A DNA stretch of 64,000 bases from an uncultured Actinomycetes bacterium. GTDB lineage: Bacteria > Actinomycetota > Thermoleophilia > Gaiellales > JAICJC01. Below the pieces are notes generated by a model. It searched no databases. It was not told the DNA's origin and saw only the letters and a list, made by a program, of their open reading frames with translations. The DNA is taken from assembly GCA_963809325.1 (NCBI GenBank), contig CAWEIZ010000002.1, forward strand, positions 452,793 to 516,792, in the 5' to 3' direction. Both the position numbers and the translations under genes were made by a program. Each line of letters starts with the position of its first letter. Position 1 is the first letter of the stretch. Positions 62,126 to 64,000 of the stretch are shown here, piece after piece.

Positions 62126-63403
62126 GTGGCCACGGTGGTGTTCTTCCCCGAGGGGGCGTTCGGCCCCACCAACAACTGCGTCGGCATCGGCGACGTTCTC
62201 CGTTCGCGCGGCCATCGCGTCGTGTTCATCATCGAGGAGTCGTTCGCCGGCACGCTCGAGGCGCGCGGCTTCGAGGAGCGGCTCATGCGGCTCGGGCCCG
62301 CTCCGGAGGTGGAGGAGGCGCCGGGCCAGTTCTGGAAGGACTTCATCCGCGACACGGCGCCGACGTTTCGCAAGCCGACCATCGAGCAGCTGGGCGAGTT
62401 CCTCGAGCCGACCTGGCGCGCGCTGACCGACGGGTCGCGCTACGTGAACCCGCGGCTCGAGGAGATCATCGGCGAGCTCGAGCCTGACGTCATCTGCGAG
62501 GACAACGTCCCCGCCTTTCCCGCGCTCCCGGCATGCGGCAGGCCCTGGGTGCGCATCGTGTCGTGCAACCCGCTCGAGATCCGCGACCCCGACATCCCGC
62601 CGGTCTTCTCGGGCTACCCGGCGGACGACCGCTCGGGTTGGGACGAGTTCCACGCCGAGCACGACCGCACCCACCGCGCGCTCTGGACGGAGTTCAACGA
62701 GTTCTGCCAGGAGGCCGGCGCGCCGCCGCTGCCGGAGCTCGAGTTCATCCACGCCTCGCCGTATCTCAACCTCTACGTCTACCCGGACGAGCTCGACTAC
62801 CGCCGCTCGCGGCCGCTCGACGGCACGTGGCACCGGGTCGAGTCGTGCGTCCGCTCGACCGACGCCGACTTCGAGATCCCGGAGGCGGTGCGCGACGGCG
62901 ACGGCGCGCTCGTCTACCTCTCGCTCGGCTCGCTCGGCTCGGCCGACGTCGACCTGATGCGCCGCCTCGTCGAGGTGCTGGGAGAGACGCGGCACCGCTA
63001 CATCGTCTCGAAGGGCCCGCAGGCCGACCTCTACGACCTGGCCCCGAACATGTGGGGCGAGGAGTTCGTGCCGCAGCCGTCGATCCTGCCCCAGGTCGAC
63101 CTCGTCATCACCCACGCCGGGAACAACACGACGACGGAGTGCATGCACTTCGGCAAGCCCATGATCGCGCTGCCGCTCTTCTGGGATCAGTACGACAACG
63201 CCCAGCGGGTCGACGACACCGGGTTCGGCGCCCGCCTTCGCACGTACGCGTTCGAGCCGGGCGAGATGTCCGCGGCGATCGACCGGCTGCTCGGCGACGA
63301 GGGGCACCGGCGCCGGCTCGACGCGACGGCGGCCCGGCTCCAGGCGAACCCCGGCACCGTCACCGCGGCCGACCTGATTGAGCGCGTCGCTAGCTCAAAC
63401 TAG
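62126..63403 (+). CDS. GT1 family glycosyltransferase (UDP-glycosyltransferase / MGT-like)
   Basis: The C-terminal donor-binding region reads ITHAGNNTTTECMHFGKPMIALPLFWDQYDNA. GTG 62126 is preferred because GGAGG lies 5 nt upstream and the TTG 62096 start would sit inside the sodA terminator hairpin. Confidence 0.85.
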   Translation: MATVVFFPEGAFGPTNNCVGIGDVLRSRGHRVVFIIEESFAGTLEARGFEERLMRLGPAPEVEEAPGQFWKDFIRDTAPTFRKPTIEQLGEFLEPTWRALTDGSRYVNPRLEEIIGELEPDVICEDNVPAFPALPACGRPWVRIVSCNPLEIRDPDIPPVFSGYPADDRSGWDEFHAEHDRTHRALWTEFNEFCQEAGAPPLPELEFIHASPYLNLYVYPDELDYRRSRPLDGTWHRVESCVRSTDADFEIPEAVRDGDGALVYLSLGSLGSADVDLMRRLVEVLGETRHRYIVSKGPQADLYDLAPNMWGEEFVPQPSILPQVDLVITHAGNNTTTECMHFGKPMIALPLFWDQYDNAQRVDDTGFGARLRTYAFEPGEMSAAIDRLLGDEGHRRRLDATAARLQANPGTVTAADLIERVASSN

Positions 63404-64000
63404 TGGCAGTTGGTCTGGCCGCTGTCCAGGACGTGCTTGGCGGTGTTCACGAACCGCCACTCGTACCAGCGCGGATGCAGCGTCAGCTTGAGCACGCCGA
63501 ACTGCGTGTTCTGGCGGAACTGGCCGTTCGTGAACGTCCCGGCGACCGGGTCGAGCGAGTCGCCGCCGGTGCCGACCACGAACTCACGGATGCCGTGCTG
63601 CGGATCGGGCACCTGAGCGGGAGTCTGGAGCGCGAACCGCTCGTAGTCGTGGTCGTGCCCCCCGAGGACGACGTCGACGTGGTGGGAGTAGAGGGCCTTC
63701 CAGATCGCGTCGTAGGCGGCGAGGTTTCCCTGCGGGCCGGACGAGAACCGGGACTGGTGCCAGTAGGCGAGCGTGCACGCCGGGTGGTGGGCGGCGAGGT
63801 CGCCCTCGAGCCACGTCATCTGATCCGACGAGGCGCCGCATCCACCGGCGATGTGCGTGCAGTTGCCGTTGAGCGCGATCAGGTGCCACTGGCCGACGTT
63901 GAAGCTGTACCAGCCCTTGGCGGAGTCGCCGGCCCGCGCGCCGAAGTAGGCGAAGTACCCCGCGCCGTTGCTGCCCCCCGCGTACTCGTGGTTTCCGGGG
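63400..64000 (-). CDS. metallophosphoesterase (purple-acid-phosphatase-like), 5' end outside window
   Basis: GNHEY, GGHDHDYER and VVGTGG motifs. The frame stays open to the window edge. A 4-nt overlap joins the two convergent stops at 63400-63403. Confidence 0.8.
   Translation of the reverse strand, partial: PGNHEYAGGSNGAGYFAYFGARAGDSAKGWYSFNVGQWHLIALNGNCTHIAGGCGASSDQMTWLEGDLAAHHPACTLAYWHQSRFSSGPQGNLAAYDAIWKALYSHHVDVVLGGHDHDYERFALQTPAQVPDPQHGIREFVVGTGGDSLDPVAGTFTNGQFRQNTQFGVLKLTLHPRWYEWRFVNTAKHVLDSGQTNCH

Overview
This is a very GC-rich, GC3-biased bacterial chromosomal segment. Its gene content looks Actinomycetota-like, which is an inference from gene families only. About 60 protein-coding genes are packed on both strands, and many are translationally coupled through ATGA, GTGA or TTGA start/stop overlaps. 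I found no rRNA, tRNA, CRISPR array, cas gene, transposase or integrase.

Gene content, in order along the window:
- ABC-2 exporter, ROK glucokinase, S9 peptidase, ATP-grasp enzyme and an Nfu-type Fe-S protein.
- A GAF-PAS-GGDEF-EAL protein.
- A MarR / ABC-exporter / kynurenine-pathway operon with a decayed kynureninase.
- A reverse-transsulfuration operon (CBS and CGL, with a YcaQ-like gene between them).
- Two large cyclase-ATPase-TPR proteins.
- NodB/PuuE-type deacetylases, an M55 peptidase and a GH5 glycosidase.
- A PucR-controlled operon with two ureohydrolases, two SDRs, an APC permease and a DUF1989 neighbour.
- HAF-repeat secreted proteins.
- A PilZ protein.
- An ATP-grasp / C45-peptidase pair.
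- A TetR/MFS pair.
- A Ser/Thr kinase, a GGT family protein and a GGDEF cyclase.
- thyX carrying a mini-intein.
- sodA and a GT1 glycosyltransferase.

Most notable non-coding signals:
1. Two paralogous modules, each with its own promoter and a roughly 117-nt structured leader collinear with ydaO-type (c-di-AMP class) riboswitch hallmarks. Each is followed only by a tiny ORF and points head-on into a convergent operon.
2. A family of GC-rich palindromic REP-like elements sitting on or immediately next to stop codons.
3. At least ten single-base frameshifts concentrated in six or seven genes, including thyX. These are either real gene decay or homopolymer assembly errors.

All family calls rest on motif recognition by eye. 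No searches were run.
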